A model generated the notes under the pieces. The model made no database searches. It was not told where the DNA came from and saw only the letters and a list, made by a program, of their open reading frames with translations. This document shows positions 10,186-19,100 of a DNA stretch of 32,000 nucleotides, piece by piece. Origin of the DNA: Microcystis aeruginosa NIES-2549. Its GTDB lineage: Bacteria; Cyanobacteriota; Cyanobacteriia; Cyanobacteriales; Microcystaceae. The stretch's first letter is position 1. Every line of letters begins with the position of its first letter. The stretch is taken from the NCBI RefSeq assembly GCF_000981785.2, contig NZ_CP011304.1, forward strand, positions 1,710,001-1,742,000, written 5' to 3'. The position numbers and the translations under genes were made by a program.

Positions 10186-10222
10186 ATAGAGGCGTGGTTT
10201 TTGCGTCTCTATTGCCGTTTTT
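10186..10222 (+). terminator. Probable intrinsic terminator of rpsN
   Basis: Hairpin atagaggcg-tggttttt-gcgtctctat (9-10 bp including G-U pairs) followed by tgccgttttt. Confidence 0.5.
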
Positions 10223-10303
10223 AGGCAATTTTTTGGCTCTCCCAGGTTTGGTGGGTAAAATGTATTCTAAGATACATTCCTCCTAGCGAGGGGGTGGAAC
10301 GAA

Positions 10304-10328
10304 CCACAAAGACACAAAGGACACAAAG
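10304..10328. repeat. Short tandem octamer (c/a)cacaaag(g) x3
   Basis: ccacaaag acacaaag gacacaaag read directly, followed by gatcgatcgatc. Confidence 0.6.
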
Positions 10329-10391
10329 ATCGATCGATCATAATGTAAGTTAAACTTATCACACAGAACCTAGAAGAGCCATTTTTTCGAT

Positions 10392-10421
10392 AAAAAAAAC
10401 TCTCGATCGAGCGATCGAGAG
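10392..10421 (-). terminator. Intrinsic terminator of pnp
   Basis: Perfect 9-bp stem ctctcgatc/gatcgagag with a 4-nt loop. On the minus strand it is followed by a run of 8 U (plus-strand A8 at 10392-10399), about 25 nt downstream of the pnp stop. Confidence 0.7.
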
Positions 10422-10444
10422 TTAACCATGAACAGAAAATTTAC

Positions 10445-12598
10445 CTAGACTACAGTAGCAGCTTTACGGGCAGCGGCGGCCTCATCGGGATGAATACCGA
10501 GACGGGTGAGATTGAGACGACCTTTACTATCGATCTCGCGTACCTTGACTAACACCTCATCCCCCACGGCCACTTCATCCTCCACCTTACCGACGCGTCC
10601 CTCGGCCAATTGGGAAATATGGATCATTCCCTCTTTGCCTGGCAAAACTTCCACAAAAGCGCCGATTTGGATAATGCGAGTCACGCGACCGAGATAAACC
10701 TCACCCTCATTGAGTTTGCGGGTCATATTGTAGATCAGTCGTTTAGCTTTTTCGGCCTGTTCCCCATCGGTGGAGGAAATAGTGACAGTACCATCGTCAT
10801 CGATATCGATTTTCGTGCCGGTCTGTTCAGTAATCCCTTTAACCGTCTTACCACCTGGCCCGATGACTAACCCGATCAGATCCGGATCGATCTTGATCGT
10901 CAATAACCGGGGTGCGTGGGGAGATAATTCCGTGCGGGGTTTTTCTAGGGTCGCTAACATCTTCTCTAGGATATGTTTGCGGGCCGGTAAAGCTTGTTCG
11001 ATCGCCTTGGCCACCACTTCCATGCTTAAACCGGGGATTTTCATATCCATCTGAAGAGCGGTGATGCCAGAATCAGTGCCAGCCACCTTAAAGTCCATAT
11101 CTCCCAGAAAATCCTCGATACCTTGGATATCGGTCAAAATCCGTACTTCTTCCCCTTCTTTAATTAAACCCATGGCCGCACCGCTAACGGGTTTTTTCAG
11201 GGGAACACCGGCATCCATCAGCGCCAGGGTAGAACCACACACGGAACCCATGGAGGTGGAACCATTAGAAGAGAGGACTTCCGACACCACCCGCAGCACA
11301 TAGGGAAATTCCTCCTGGGGGGGGAGGACAGGTACGATCGCCCTTTCCGCTAAAGCACCGTGACCGATTTCTCGACGGCCGGGAGAACGCATCGGACGGG
11401 TTTCACCGACGGAAAAGGGTGGGAAATTGTAGTGATGAAGATAGCGTTTTTCGTCTTCGGGATGGAGATCGTCGCCCAAATCCTGAGCATCACCGGGGGT
11501 GCCAAGAGTGGCGATCGAAAGCACTTGGGTTAAACCGCGATTAAACAAACCGCTACCGTGAACCCGACGGGGTAAAACTCCTACCCGGCAAGAAATCGGG
11601 CGTACTTCGTCCAGTTTGCGACCATCAACCCGCACCCCATCCTCAATAATTTGGGCGCGCATCAGTTTTTTGGTCAGATCCTTAAAGAGATTACCGATTA
11701 ACTTCGGCTCTTCCAGCGTTGGAGCTTTTAAGGGATCTTCATCGGGGAGAGCGGTTATAGTTTCCTTGAGCCGATTTTCGATCGCATCTAATTTCTCATC
11801 CCGTTCGGTTTTGCTGAGGGTAAACTGAGAGAGAATCTGTTTAATTTCCTCTTTAGCTTGTTCTCTCAGGAAATTCTGCACGGTTTCGTTTACTGCCGGT
11901 GCTTCTCGGGTGACGAGGGGAATACCCAACTGATCGATCAATTCCCGTTGAGCGGTGATCAGGTCGCGCACTGCTTCATAACCAAAATCGATCGCCTCAA
12001 TAATATCCCGTTCCGGTAACTGATTGGCTCCCGCTTCGATCATCACCACCCCTTCGGGACTACCGGCCACCACTAGATCCAATTCTCCGTTATGGATTTC
12101 CTTGTAGGTGGGATTGATGATAAATTCATCTCCCAACAAACCGACGCGCACCGCTGCCATCGGTCCTTGGAAGGGAATCCCCGCCAACAGAACCGCCACG
12201 GAGGCTCCGGTAACGGCCAAAACATCCGGGGGGACCTCCTCATCCATCGAGAGGGTCGTAGCGACCACCTGAATATCATCCCGCATCCAATTGGGGAATA
12301 GGGGCCGCAGGGGGCGATCGATCAAACGACCGGTCAGAATTGCTTTTTCCGGGGGACGACCTTCACGACGCAAAAATCCTCCCGGGATGCGCCCGGCGGC
12401 GTATAATCTTTCTTCATAGTCAACGGTTAAGGGCAGGAAATCTACTCCTTCTCTGGCTTTGGCTGTGGTTGCTGTCACTAAAACCGCCGTTTCTCCCGAT
12501 TGGATCAGAACACTCCCGCCAGCTTGGGGGGCTAAAAGCCCTATTTTTAGTCGAATATCCCTGCCATCAAAGGATATTGACTTGTCAAACTCTTCCAT
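10445..12598 (-). CDS. pnp: Polyribonucleotide nucleotidyltransferase (PNPase)
   Basis: 717 aa. Two RNase PH-like cores, a KH domain ([16 protein letters not shown]) and a C-terminal S1 domain ([33 protein letters not shown]). Confidence 0.97.
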   Translation of the reverse strand: MEEFDKSISFDGRDIRLKIGLLAPQAGGSVLIQSGETAVLVTATTAKAREGVDFLPLTVDYEERLYAAGRIPGGFLRREGRPPEKAILTGRLIDRPLRPLFPNWMRDDIQVVATTLSMDEEVPPDVLAVTGASVAVLLAGIPFQGPMAAVRVGLLGDEFIINPTYKEIHNGELDLVVAGSPEGVVMIEAGANQLPERDIIEAIDFGYEAVRDLITAQRELIDQLGIPLVTREAPAVNETVQNFLREQAKEEIKQILSQFTLSKTERDEKLDAIENRLKETITALPDEDPLKAPTLEEPKLIGNLFKDLTKKLMRAQIIEDGVRVDGRKLDEVRPISCRVGVLPRRVHGSGLFNRGLTQVLSIATLGTPGDAQDLGDDLHPEDEKRYLHHYNFPPFSVGETRPMRSPGRREIGHGALAERAIVPVLPPQEEFPYVLRVVSEVLSSNGSTSMGSVCGSTLALMDAGVPLKKPVSGAAMGLIKEGEEVRILTDIQGIEDFLGDMDFKVAGTDSGITALQMDMKIPGLSMEVVAKAIEQALPARKHILEKMLATLEKPRTELSPHAPRLLTIKIDPDLIGLVIGPGGKTVKGITEQTGTKIDIDDDGTVTISSTDGEQAEKAKRLIYNMTRKLNEGEVYLGRVTRIIQIGAFVEVLPGKEGMIHISQLAEGRVGKVEDEVAVGDEVLVKVREIDSKGRLNLTRLGIHPDEAAAARKAATVV

Positions 12599-12684
12599 GT
12601 AAAGCTATATTCCTTTCTTTCACTTTTCTCTGTGCTGTGGCAATCCTAGCATTTTTTGTACCCCTTTCCAGCAGGTTTAGTATT

Positions 12685-12765
12685 CAGTGATCAGTTATCA
12701 GTGATCAGTTATCAGTGATCAGTTATCAGTGATCAGTTATCAGTGATCAGTTATCGGTTATCAGC
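12685..12765. repeat. Tandem 14-mer cagtgatcagttat x5 plus a partial copy (two alternating heptamers CAGTGAT/CAGTTAT)
   Basis: Five perfect consecutive copies counted from 12685 to 12754, then the degenerate cggttatcagc. Confidence 0.95.
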
Positions 12766-12794
12766 TTTTTTCTCCCTGCTTCCATCTCCGATCT

Positions 12795-12900
12795 CCCCAC
12801 ACCCCACACCCCACACCCCACACCCCACACCCCACACCCCACACCCCACTACCCCACACCCCACACCCCACACCCCACACCCCACACCCCACACCCCAAT
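12795..12900. repeat. STRR-like heptamer microsatellite (CCCCACA)n, 15 C4 tracts
   Basis: Seven perfect CCCCACA, one 8-nt variant CCCCACTA (12844-12851), six perfect copies, then a terminal CCCCAAT. The complement is (TGTGGGG)n. Confidence 0.95.
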
Positions 12901-13217
12901 TCCTGCTTTTAAACAGGTTCTAACATTACTTGCTCAAACCGGCCAAAAAATGATAGCTTCAGATATAGGAATAATCTGGTTAAGAAAAAAAATGTCTTCC
13001 CTTGCCGCTTGCTGGCCTAAAAATATTTCTAAGTATTAGCAAAACTGACTGACTCTCAGCAGTTGGGCGGGATTTTTCCTAGCTCGAAGAACCCCAAACC
13101 AAGAAAATTAAGACAATTAAAAGGATTGCGTCTCTATTATCTGTCAGACGCTTCTAATCCAGTGAATTTGCGGGTTATCTTCAAATTAACCCCGTTTAAC
13201 CCTATTTATTATCGATC

Positions 13218-14318
13218 ATGGCTGAAAGTTATTTATTAAACAAACTGCAATCTGTAGAACAGACGTACAAAGAATTAACCCGTCGTCTAGCGGATCCCGA
13301 TGTCACCAGTAATCCGGGTGAATTGCATCGTCTGGCCAAATCCCGCGCTTCCCTAGAGGAAACGGTCAACACCTACGAAATTTGGCAAAAAAGTCAAGAG
13401 GATTTAATCGGGGCGAAACAAATCTTCAAAGAATCCGCCAGCGATCCCGAATTACGCGAAATGGCCGCCCTAGAAGTGGCAGCATTAGAGGCAAAAATCG
13501 CCACTTTGGAAGACCAATTAACAATTCTGCTGCTGCCCCGGGATCCCCTCGATGAAAAGAATATCATGCTGGAAATTCGCGCTGGAACCGGAGGTGATGA
13601 GGCCAGTATTTGGGCGGGGGATTTAGTTCGCTTGTACTCAAAATATGCCGAAACTCAAAAATGGAAAGTTAGCCTTTTGAGTGAATCTCCGGCGGATATG
13701 GGAGGATTTAAAGAGGCAATCTTAGAGATTAAAGGCGATAACGTCTATAGTAAGCTGAAATTTGAGGCGGGAGTCCATCGGGTGCAGCGGGTTCCTCTGA
13801 CGGAAGCGAGTGGTCGCGTCCACACTTCCACCGCTACCGTGGCGATTATGCCGGAAGTGGACGATGTGGAAGTGCATATCGATCCCAAGGATATTGAGTT
13901 AACCACGGCTAGATCCGGGGGAGCAGGCGGTCAAAATGTCAATAAAGTGGAAACTGCGGTCGATTTAATCCATAAACCCACGGGAATCCGGGTTTTTTGC
14001 ACCGAAGAGCGCTCGCAATTGCAAAACCGGGAACGAGCTATGCAGATTCTCCGGGCGAAACTGTACGATATGAAATTACAGGAACAACAGGAAGCGGTCA
14101 GTTCCATGCGACGCTCTCAGGTGGGAACCGGTTCCCGTTCGGAAAAAATTCGCACCTATAACTATAAGGATAATCGTCTCACCGATCATCGCTTAAATCA
14201 GAATTTTTCCCTCGATCGCATTTTGGACGGCGACATCGAAGAGGTGATCCAATCCTGTATCGCCAAGGATCAACAGGGAAAACTGGCAGAATTAGCGGCG
14301 GCCCAAGAGACAGCTTAA
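13218..14318 (+). CDS. prfA: Peptide chain release factor 1
   Basis: 366 aa. GGQ motif ([17 protein letters not shown]). RF1-type PxT tripeptide in [18 protein letters not shown]. Confidence 0.97.
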   Translation: MAESYLLNKLQSVEQTYKELTRRLADPDVTSNPGELHRLAKSRASLEETVNTYEIWQKSQEDLIGAKQIFKESASDPELREMAALEVAALEAKIATLEDQLTILLLPRDPLDEKNIMLEIRAGTGGDEASIWAGDLVRLYSKYAETQKWKVSLLSESPADMGGFKEAILEIKGDNVYSKLKFEAGVHRVQRVPLTEASGRVHTSTATVAIMPEVDDVEVHIDPKDIELTTARSGGAGGQNVNKVETAVDLIHKPTGIRVFCTEERSQLQNRERAMQILRAKLYDMKLQEQQEAVSSMRRSQVGTGSRSEKIRTYNYKDNRLTDHRLNQNFSLDRILDGDIEEVIQSCIAKDQQGKLAELAAAQETA

Positions 14319-14319
14319 T

Positions 14320-14347
14320 CAGCGATCAGTTACCAGTGATCAGATTT
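14320..14347. repeat. Four heptamers of the CAGNNAT family (cagcgat cagttac cagtgat cagattt)
   Basis: Starts 2 nt after the prfA stop. Same heptamer family as 12685-12765. Confidence 0.7.
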
Positions 14348-14396
14348 TAGTTTTCAGTGAATTTCTTTTCACTGGTTACTGTTTACTATTCACCAC

Positions 14397-14452
14397 AAAA
14401 AGCTCCCCACTCCCTGCACTTTCCCCACTGGTGGGGGTGAGTGCGGGTGGGG
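14397..14452 (-). terminator. Probable intrinsic terminator of the transaldolase gene (convergent with prfA)
   Basis: GC-rich imperfect hairpin, ccccactccctgcac ... gtgcgggtgggg, with an inner ccccactggtgggg palindrome. On the minus strand it is followed by AGCUUUUU. Confidence 0.45.
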
Positions 14453-14485
14453 ACTGATGCCGGTTAGTTCAACTCACGACTAATT

Positions 14486-15661
14486 CTATGCTTCCACTAA
14501 ACGAAAGGCCGCACCCAAACCGACAGCGATCTCATCGGGAGAAATTTTCCCATCATGGTTAATATCGATCGCATCGAATACCGCATCGGTTCCCGCCCAT
14601 TCTTCCCGGGTGATGAAACCATCCCCATCATGATCATAGACTCGGAAAATATCTTCGGCGGCGTGTTCTAGGGTTGACTGACCTTCCAACTGGGTTAAAC
14701 GTTGAATCAGCAATTGTTCTAATAATTCTAAAGCTTTGGTAAAACCTTGAATACCTTCCGTTAGTTTTTCGGAAGCCATGGCATCTTCGGCGTGCATTTT
14801 CGCAAAAGTGGCTTGATCCACGGCAATTTTGACAATATCAAGGGTTGCAGCCTGGTCTGGATCGAGCTTACGGGGTAAATCGGCTTCTGTCCCTTGCAAT
14901 TGTTCGAGAAGTTTCGGGGAAATCGTTAAAAGATCACAGCCGGCTAACTCGCAAATTTCGCCGATATTGCGGAAACTTGCCCCCATAACTTCGGTTTTAT
15001 AACCAAACTTTTTATAGTAGTTATAGATCTGGGTAACGGATTGGACTCCGGGATCTTCAGCGCCAACGTAGTCTTTACCGGTTTCTTTTTTATACCAATC
15101 GAGAATCCGACCGACAAAGGGAGAAATTAAGGTTACTCCCGCTTCCGCACAGGCGATCGCCTGATGAAAACCGAATAATAGGGTTAAATTACAGTGAATT
15201 CCCTCTTTTTCGAGGACTTCTGCGGCTTTAATCCCTTCCCAAGTCGAGGCAATTTTAATTAAGACTCTTTCTCTAGAGATACCCGCTTGTTCATACTGGG
15301 AAATGAGATAACGGGCCTTGTGGATGGTAGCTTGGGTATCGTAGGAAAGACGGGCATCCACTTCGGTGGAGACGCGGCCGGGGACGATTTGCAGGATTTG
15401 CAGACCAAAACCGATGGCTAGGCGATCAAAAGCTAATGTGGCCACATCTTCTGGGGTGGCCTGCTCCCCTAGTTCTTTTCTGGCCGCTTGCAGGGTTTGA
15501 TCGACAATCGGCTGATATTGGGGCATTTGGGCCGCAGCCGTGATCAGGGAGGGGTTAGTGGTGGTATCTTGGGGGGTAAAAGCTTCGATCGCTTGGATAT
15601 CGCCAGTATCGGCAACAACCACTGTAAATTGGCGTAATTGTTCTAGTAGGGTTTTAGCCAT
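14486..15661 (-). CDS. tal: Transaldolase with C-terminal EF-hand pair
   Basis: 391 aa. TalB-like core (..[27 protein letters not shown]..). The C-terminal ~55 aa carries two canonical 12-residue EF loops, [12 protein letters not shown] and [12 protein letters not shown]. Confidence 0.93.
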   Translation of the reverse strand: MAKTLLEQLRQFTVVVADTGDIQAIEAFTPQDTTTNPSLITAAAQMPQYQPIVDQTLQAARKELGEQATPEDVATLAFDRLAIGFGLQILQIVPGRVSTEVDARLSYDTQATIHKARYLISQYEQAGISRERVLIKIASTWEGIKAAEVLEKEGIHCNLTLLFGFHQAIACAEAGVTLISPFVGRILDWYKKETGKDYVGAEDPGVQSVTQIYNYYKKFGYKTEVMGASFRNIGEICELAGCDLLTISPKLLEQLQGTEADLPRKLDPDQAATLDIVKIAVDQATFAKMHAEDAMASEKLTEGIQGFTKALELLEQLLIQRLTQLEGQSTLEHAAEDIFRVYDHDGDGFITREEWAGTDAVFDAIDINHDGKISPDEIAVGLGAAFRLVEA

Positions 15662-15806
15662 AACTTCTCCAGATGCGTGTTAACGCGAGACTTTATCTGG
15701 ATCTTAGCGATTCGATCAAGAGGAAGGGAAAAATTCCCGATTGATTTAATTCCCAAGCACAGACCTGTCCAAAGTCGGGATAAGCCTGGAATCTTTGGGT
15801 CACTTC

Positions 15807-15836
15807 TTGCCCAAAGTCCTCTATTTGTGATAGTAT
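15807..15836 (+). promoter_or_regulatory. Candidate sigma-70-type promoter for rpmI-rplT
   Basis: TTGCCC (15807-15812), 18-nt spacer, TAGTAT (15831-15836), about 34 nt upstream of the rpmI ATG. Pattern match only. Confidence 0.25.
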
Positions 15837-15869
15837 TAGTGATTGTGTCGATTTAATAAAACGGAGTTT

Positions 15870-16073
15870 ATGCCCAAGCTAAAAACGCGAAAGGCGGCGG
15901 CCAAACGATTTGAGGCCACGGGAAGCGGCAAAAAAATCAAACGTCGCAAAGCCTTCAAAAATCACCTACTCGATCATAAAAGTGCCGAACGCAAGCGCCG
16001 TCGTTTGTCCCAGATTACCTTGGTACACGAGCGCGACGAGAAGGAAGTGCGCTTAATGTTGCCCTATTTGTAA
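15870..16073 (+). CDS. rpmI: 50S ribosomal protein L35
   Basis: [33 protein letters not shown].. The ATG at 15870 is preceded by ACGGAG. The track ORF starts earlier at an alternative codon. Confidence 0.93.
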   Translation: MPKLKTRKAAAKRFEATGSGKKIKRRKAFKNHLLDHKSAERKRRRLSQITLVHERDEKEVRLMLPYL

Positions 16074-16104
16074 ATTTTCCAGAAAAATCGTCTAAAGGAT
16101 TATC

Positions 16105-16452
16105 ATGTCTAGAGTAAAACGGGGGAATGTCGCCCGCAAGCGACGTAAAAAAATTCTCAAATTAGCCAAAGGTTTTCGCGGTTCTCACTCGCGCTTATTC
16201 CGTACCGCTAATCAACAGGTAATGAAGGCCTTGCGGAATGCCTATAGAGACCGTCGCAAACGTAAACGCGATTTTCGTCGTCTTTGGATTACCCGCATTA
16301 ACGCGGCTGCTCGTCAACAGGGCATCAGTTACAGCCAACTAACCGGACAATTAAAGAAAGCTAATATCCTCCTCAATCGGAAAATGTTGGCCCAATTAGC
16401 TGTCCTCGATCCCGTCGCTTTTGCTAAAGTGGTAGAAACAGCCAAAGGATAA
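16105..16452 (+). CDS. rplT: 50S ribosomal protein L20
   Basis: [43 protein letters not shown].. Confidence 0.96.
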   Translation: MSRVKRGNVARKRRKKILKLAKGFRGSHSRLFRTANQQVMKALRNAYRDRRKRKRDFRRLWITRINAAARQQGISYSQLTGQLKKANILLNRKMLAQLAVLDPVAFAKVVETAKG

Positions 16453-16465
16453 TTTAGCCCCAAGC

Positions 16466-17422
16466 ATGACGGAAACTTGGCAAACGATTCAATTCCCCAG
16501 TTCAGAAAGTGCGATCGCTTTAGCGGGTCATCAAGAAGCTAACCTCAAATTGATAGCCAGGCAAACTGGGGCGAATTTAGTCCTCAGAGGCATGGAATTG
16601 CGGATTGCGGGGCAACCAACCCCCGTGGAGCGTGCCACAGCGATTGTGCGCTCCTTAAGTATTTTATGGCAAGAGGCCAAGTTAATCGCCGAAGCCGATA
16701 TTATGACCGCTATCCATGCCCTCGATACGGGGCGTTCTAGCGAGTATAAAGAACTACAGCAGGATATTCTCGCTCGTACCCGTCGCGGGGAGCTAATTCG
16801 GGCAAAAACCTTCCGTCAGCGTCAATATATCCAAGCGATTCAAAGTCACGATATCACCTTTTGTATTGGACCTGCCGGCACGGGGAAAACCTTTTTAGCC
16901 GCCGTTTTGGCCGTACAAGCTCTATTAGAAGATAAAGTAGAACGGATTATCCTCACCCGGCCGGCCGTGGAAGCGGGGGAAAAATTAGGCTTTCTCCCGG
17001 GGGATTTACAGCAAAAAGTCGATCCTTTTTTGCGTCCCCTCTACGATGCTTTATACGAATTTATCGAAGCGGCCAAAATTCCCGACCTGATGGAACGGGG
17101 TAAAATCGAAATCGCTCCCTTAGCTTATATGCGGGGACGAACCCTAGCTAATGCTTTTGTTATCGTTGATGAGGCCCAAAATACCACCCCAGCACAGTTA
17201 AAAATGGTCTTAACTCGCTTGGGATTCGGTTCGCGCATGGTAGTAACTGGAGATGTCACCCAAACCGATTTACCGCAACAACAGGAATCGGGGTTAATTG
17301 CCGCTCAAAAAATCCTAAAATCAGTAGAAGGGATCGCTTTTTGTTACCTATCCCGGGCCGATGTGGTGCGTCATCCCTTAGTACAAAAAATCGTCTCAGC
17401 TTACGAACAGCACGAAAAATAA
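16466..17422 (+). CDS. phoH: PhoH-like ATPase
   Basis: 318 aa. Walker A GPAGTGKT, Walker B FVIVDEAQN, and a KH-like N-terminal segment. Starts 13 nt after rplT. Confidence 0.9.
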   Translation: MTETWQTIQFPSSESAIALAGHQEANLKLIARQTGANLVLRGMELRIAGQPTPVERATAIVRSLSILWQEAKLIAEADIMTAIHALDTGRSSEYKELQQDILARTRRGELIRAKTFRQRQYIQAIQSHDITFCIGPAGTGKTFLAAVLAVQALLEDKVERIILTRPAVEAGEKLGFLPGDLQQKVDPFLRPLYDALYEFIEAAKIPDLMERGKIEIAPLAYMRGRTLANAFVIVDEAQNTTPAQLKMVLTRLGFGSRMVVTGDVTQTDLPQQQESGLIAAQKILKSVEGIAFCYLSRADVVRHPLVQKIVSAYEQHEK

Positions 17423-17428
17423 CAGATT

Positions 17429-18397
17429 ATGGATATTAAAAATGGTTTCGTCGATGCGGTGGGTAATACTCCTCTAATTCGTCTCAATAGTTTTAGCGAG
17501 GAAACCGGCTGCGAGATTCTCGGTAAGGCCGAATTTCTTAACCCCGGTGGTTCGGTCAAGGATCGCGCCGCTTTATATATTATTCAAGAAGCGGAAAAAG
17601 CCGGTACTCTCCAACCGGGGGGAACCGTTGTCGAAGGAACCGCCGGCAATACTGGCATCGGTTTGGCCCATATCTGCAATGCTAAAGGTTATAAATGCCT
17701 GATTATCATTCCCGATACCCAATCCCAAGAGAAAATCGACCTATTGAGAACATTGGGTGCCCAAGTGCGTACTGTTCCCGCCGTTCCCTACCGAGATGCC
17801 AATAATTACGTTAAATTATCGGGGAGATTGGCCAGTGAGATGGAAAATGCTATCTGGGCCAATCAATTCGATAATCTGGCTAATCGTCGCGCTCACTACG
17901 AAACCACCGGCCGGGAAATCTGGGAACAAACCGACGGTAAAATTGATGCTTGGGTGGCTGCCACAGGAACTGGGGGAACCTACGCGGGGGTGGCGATGTT
18001 TTTAAAAGACCAAAATCCGCAGGTGCGTTGTGTGGTGGCGGATCCGATGGGTAGCGGTTTATATAGTTATGTGAAAACCGGGACAATTACCCTGGAAGGT
18101 AGTTCAATTACGGAAGGGATTGGTAATAGTCGTATTACGGCTAATATGGAAGGCGCACCCATAGATGATGCCATTCAAATTGATGATCCCACTGCCATTA
18201 AAGTTGTTTATCAACTATTACAAAAAGATGGTTTATTTATGGGGGGTTCTGTGGGTATTAATGTCGCTGCTGCCGTGGCTTTAGCTAAACAAATGGGGCC
18301 AGGCCACACCATCGTTACTGTTCTTTGTGATGGTGGGTCCCGTTATCAATCTCGTTTATATAATCCTCAATGGTTGGCTGAGAAAGGATTGGCTTAA
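17429..18397 (+). CDS. PLP-dependent cysteine synthase family protein (CysK/CysM-like)
   Basis: 322 aa. PLP-lysine motif NPGGSVKDRAA, GTAGNTGIGLA, GTGGT loop. Starts 6 nt after phoH. Confidence 0.88.
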   Translation: MDIKNGFVDAVGNTPLIRLNSFSEETGCEILGKAEFLNPGGSVKDRAALYIIQEAEKAGTLQPGGTVVEGTAGNTGIGLAHICNAKGYKCLIIIPDTQSQEKIDLLRTLGAQVRTVPAVPYRDANNYVKLSGRLASEMENAIWANQFDNLANRRAHYETTGREIWEQTDGKIDAWVAATGTGGTYAGVAMFLKDQNPQVRCVVADPMGSGLYSYVKTGTITLEGSSITEGIGNSRITANMEGAPIDDAIQIDDPTAIKVVYQLLQKDGLFMGGSVGINVAAAVALAKQMGPGHTIVTVLCDGGSRYQSRLYNPQWLAEKGLA

Positions 18398-18547
18398 TCA
18401 GGAATTATCGGCTCATAAATTAGTGGAGATAATGGGAGGGGGAGGGCAACAATGAGGGAAGGCAGCAAGGGAAAATGAGGCGCTTCGGTTGGGCAAACAC
18501 TTGAGACAAGATAGACAATAATAGAATATTAAAGGGGGAAAATTAAG

Positions 18548-18778
18548 ATGAAACAGGCATTGACAGCCAGAATTTTTCAAGAGGGTAATTGGTTTGTGGC
18601 TCAATGTTTAGAGGTTGATGTGGCAAGTCAAGGAGAAACGGAAACTGAGGCGTTAATAAATCTTCAAGAAGCTTTGGAATTACACTTTGAACCGCCTTGT
18701 GCAACAGTGATTCCTCAATTGCAGAAAATCCCTGTACGGGCGAAGCATTTGGGCAATAACCTATCGCTGAAACCCTAG
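18548..18778 (+). CDS. HicB-like (UPF0150) antitoxin-fold protein, C-terminus replaced by a MITE-derived sequence
   Basis: MKQALTARIFQEGNWFVAQCLEVDVASQGETETEALINLQEALELHFEPP is a typical HicB N-terminal-fold signature. From 18734 the reading frame runs into the palindromic repeat (..PVRAKHLGNNLSLKP*). No hicA partner is adjacent. Confidence 0.55.
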   Translation: MKQALTARIFQEGNWFVAQCLEVDVASQGETETEALINLQEALELHFEPPCATVIPQLQKIPVRAKHLGNNLSLKP

Positions 18779-18808
18779 ATTTTCTATCCGAATGCTTCGC
18801 CCCTACCC
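18734..18808. mobile_element. MITE-like palindromic repeat family 1, copy 1
   Basis: Termini gtacgggcgaagcatt ... aatgcttcgcccctac are inverted. Homologous copies at 23476, 27896 and 29169. Confidence 0.8.
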
Positions 18809-18831
18809 ATCAATTCCTCATCTACCACGCC

Positions 18832-19059
18832 ATGAGTGAACAACGCGCCCAAGCCTCCCTAAACCTGAAAGACTATCTCAATTTTTTAAGGGAGACATTA
18901 CAAAAAATCTCTGAAGATCCTAATCCTCAAGTGATTTACCCCTTCTGGGCGCAAAATCTTGATAAGCTAGATGATAATTTAGCGCAAATTCTAGACAGTT
19001 GGGCGAGAGAGACATTAACGCAAGTCACTTTAGAAGAAGCTGAATATACTGATAACTGA
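18832..19059 (+). pseudogene. 5' remnant of a TPR/CHAT-type gene (N-terminal module only)
   Basis: YLNFLRETLQKISEDPNPQVIYPFWAQNLDKLDDNLAQILDSWARETL aligns by eye with residues ~84-135 of the 1291-aa TPR-CHAT protein (SFLQTLLQTVEESDGNRQVIYPLLDNNLHLLDENLVNLLRAWGNN). It stops after 75 aa, with leuS only 42 nt away. Confidence 0.45.
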
Positions 19060-19100
19060 AAAGGTTCTTAATTCCCTACCATTGTGATAATTACTGTCAT

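Noticed and set aside
10506-12690. Numerous 60-116-aa ORFs overlapping pnp on both strands
   Set aside because: They lie inside a confidently identified 717-aa PNPase gene. They have low-complexity or Arg/Ser-rich composition typical of antisense frames.
12743-13039. 98-aa ORF rich in PHTPHPT repeats
   Set aside because: It is the translation of the (CCCCACA)n microsatellite in an intergenic region. It has no start context and the repeat fully explains it.
14355-14374. Hairpin cagtgaa-tttctt-ttcactg as the prfA terminator
   Set aside because: It has only a 7-bp AT-rich stem and no following U-tract. That is too weak to call, and the GC-rich structure at 14405-14452 is a better shared termination region.
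18413-18604. 63-aa minus-strand ORF between cysK and the HicB-like gene
   Set aside because: It is the translation of a purine-rich low-complexity spacer (rc gives PPPPIIS..). It overlaps the HicB-like start and has no motif.
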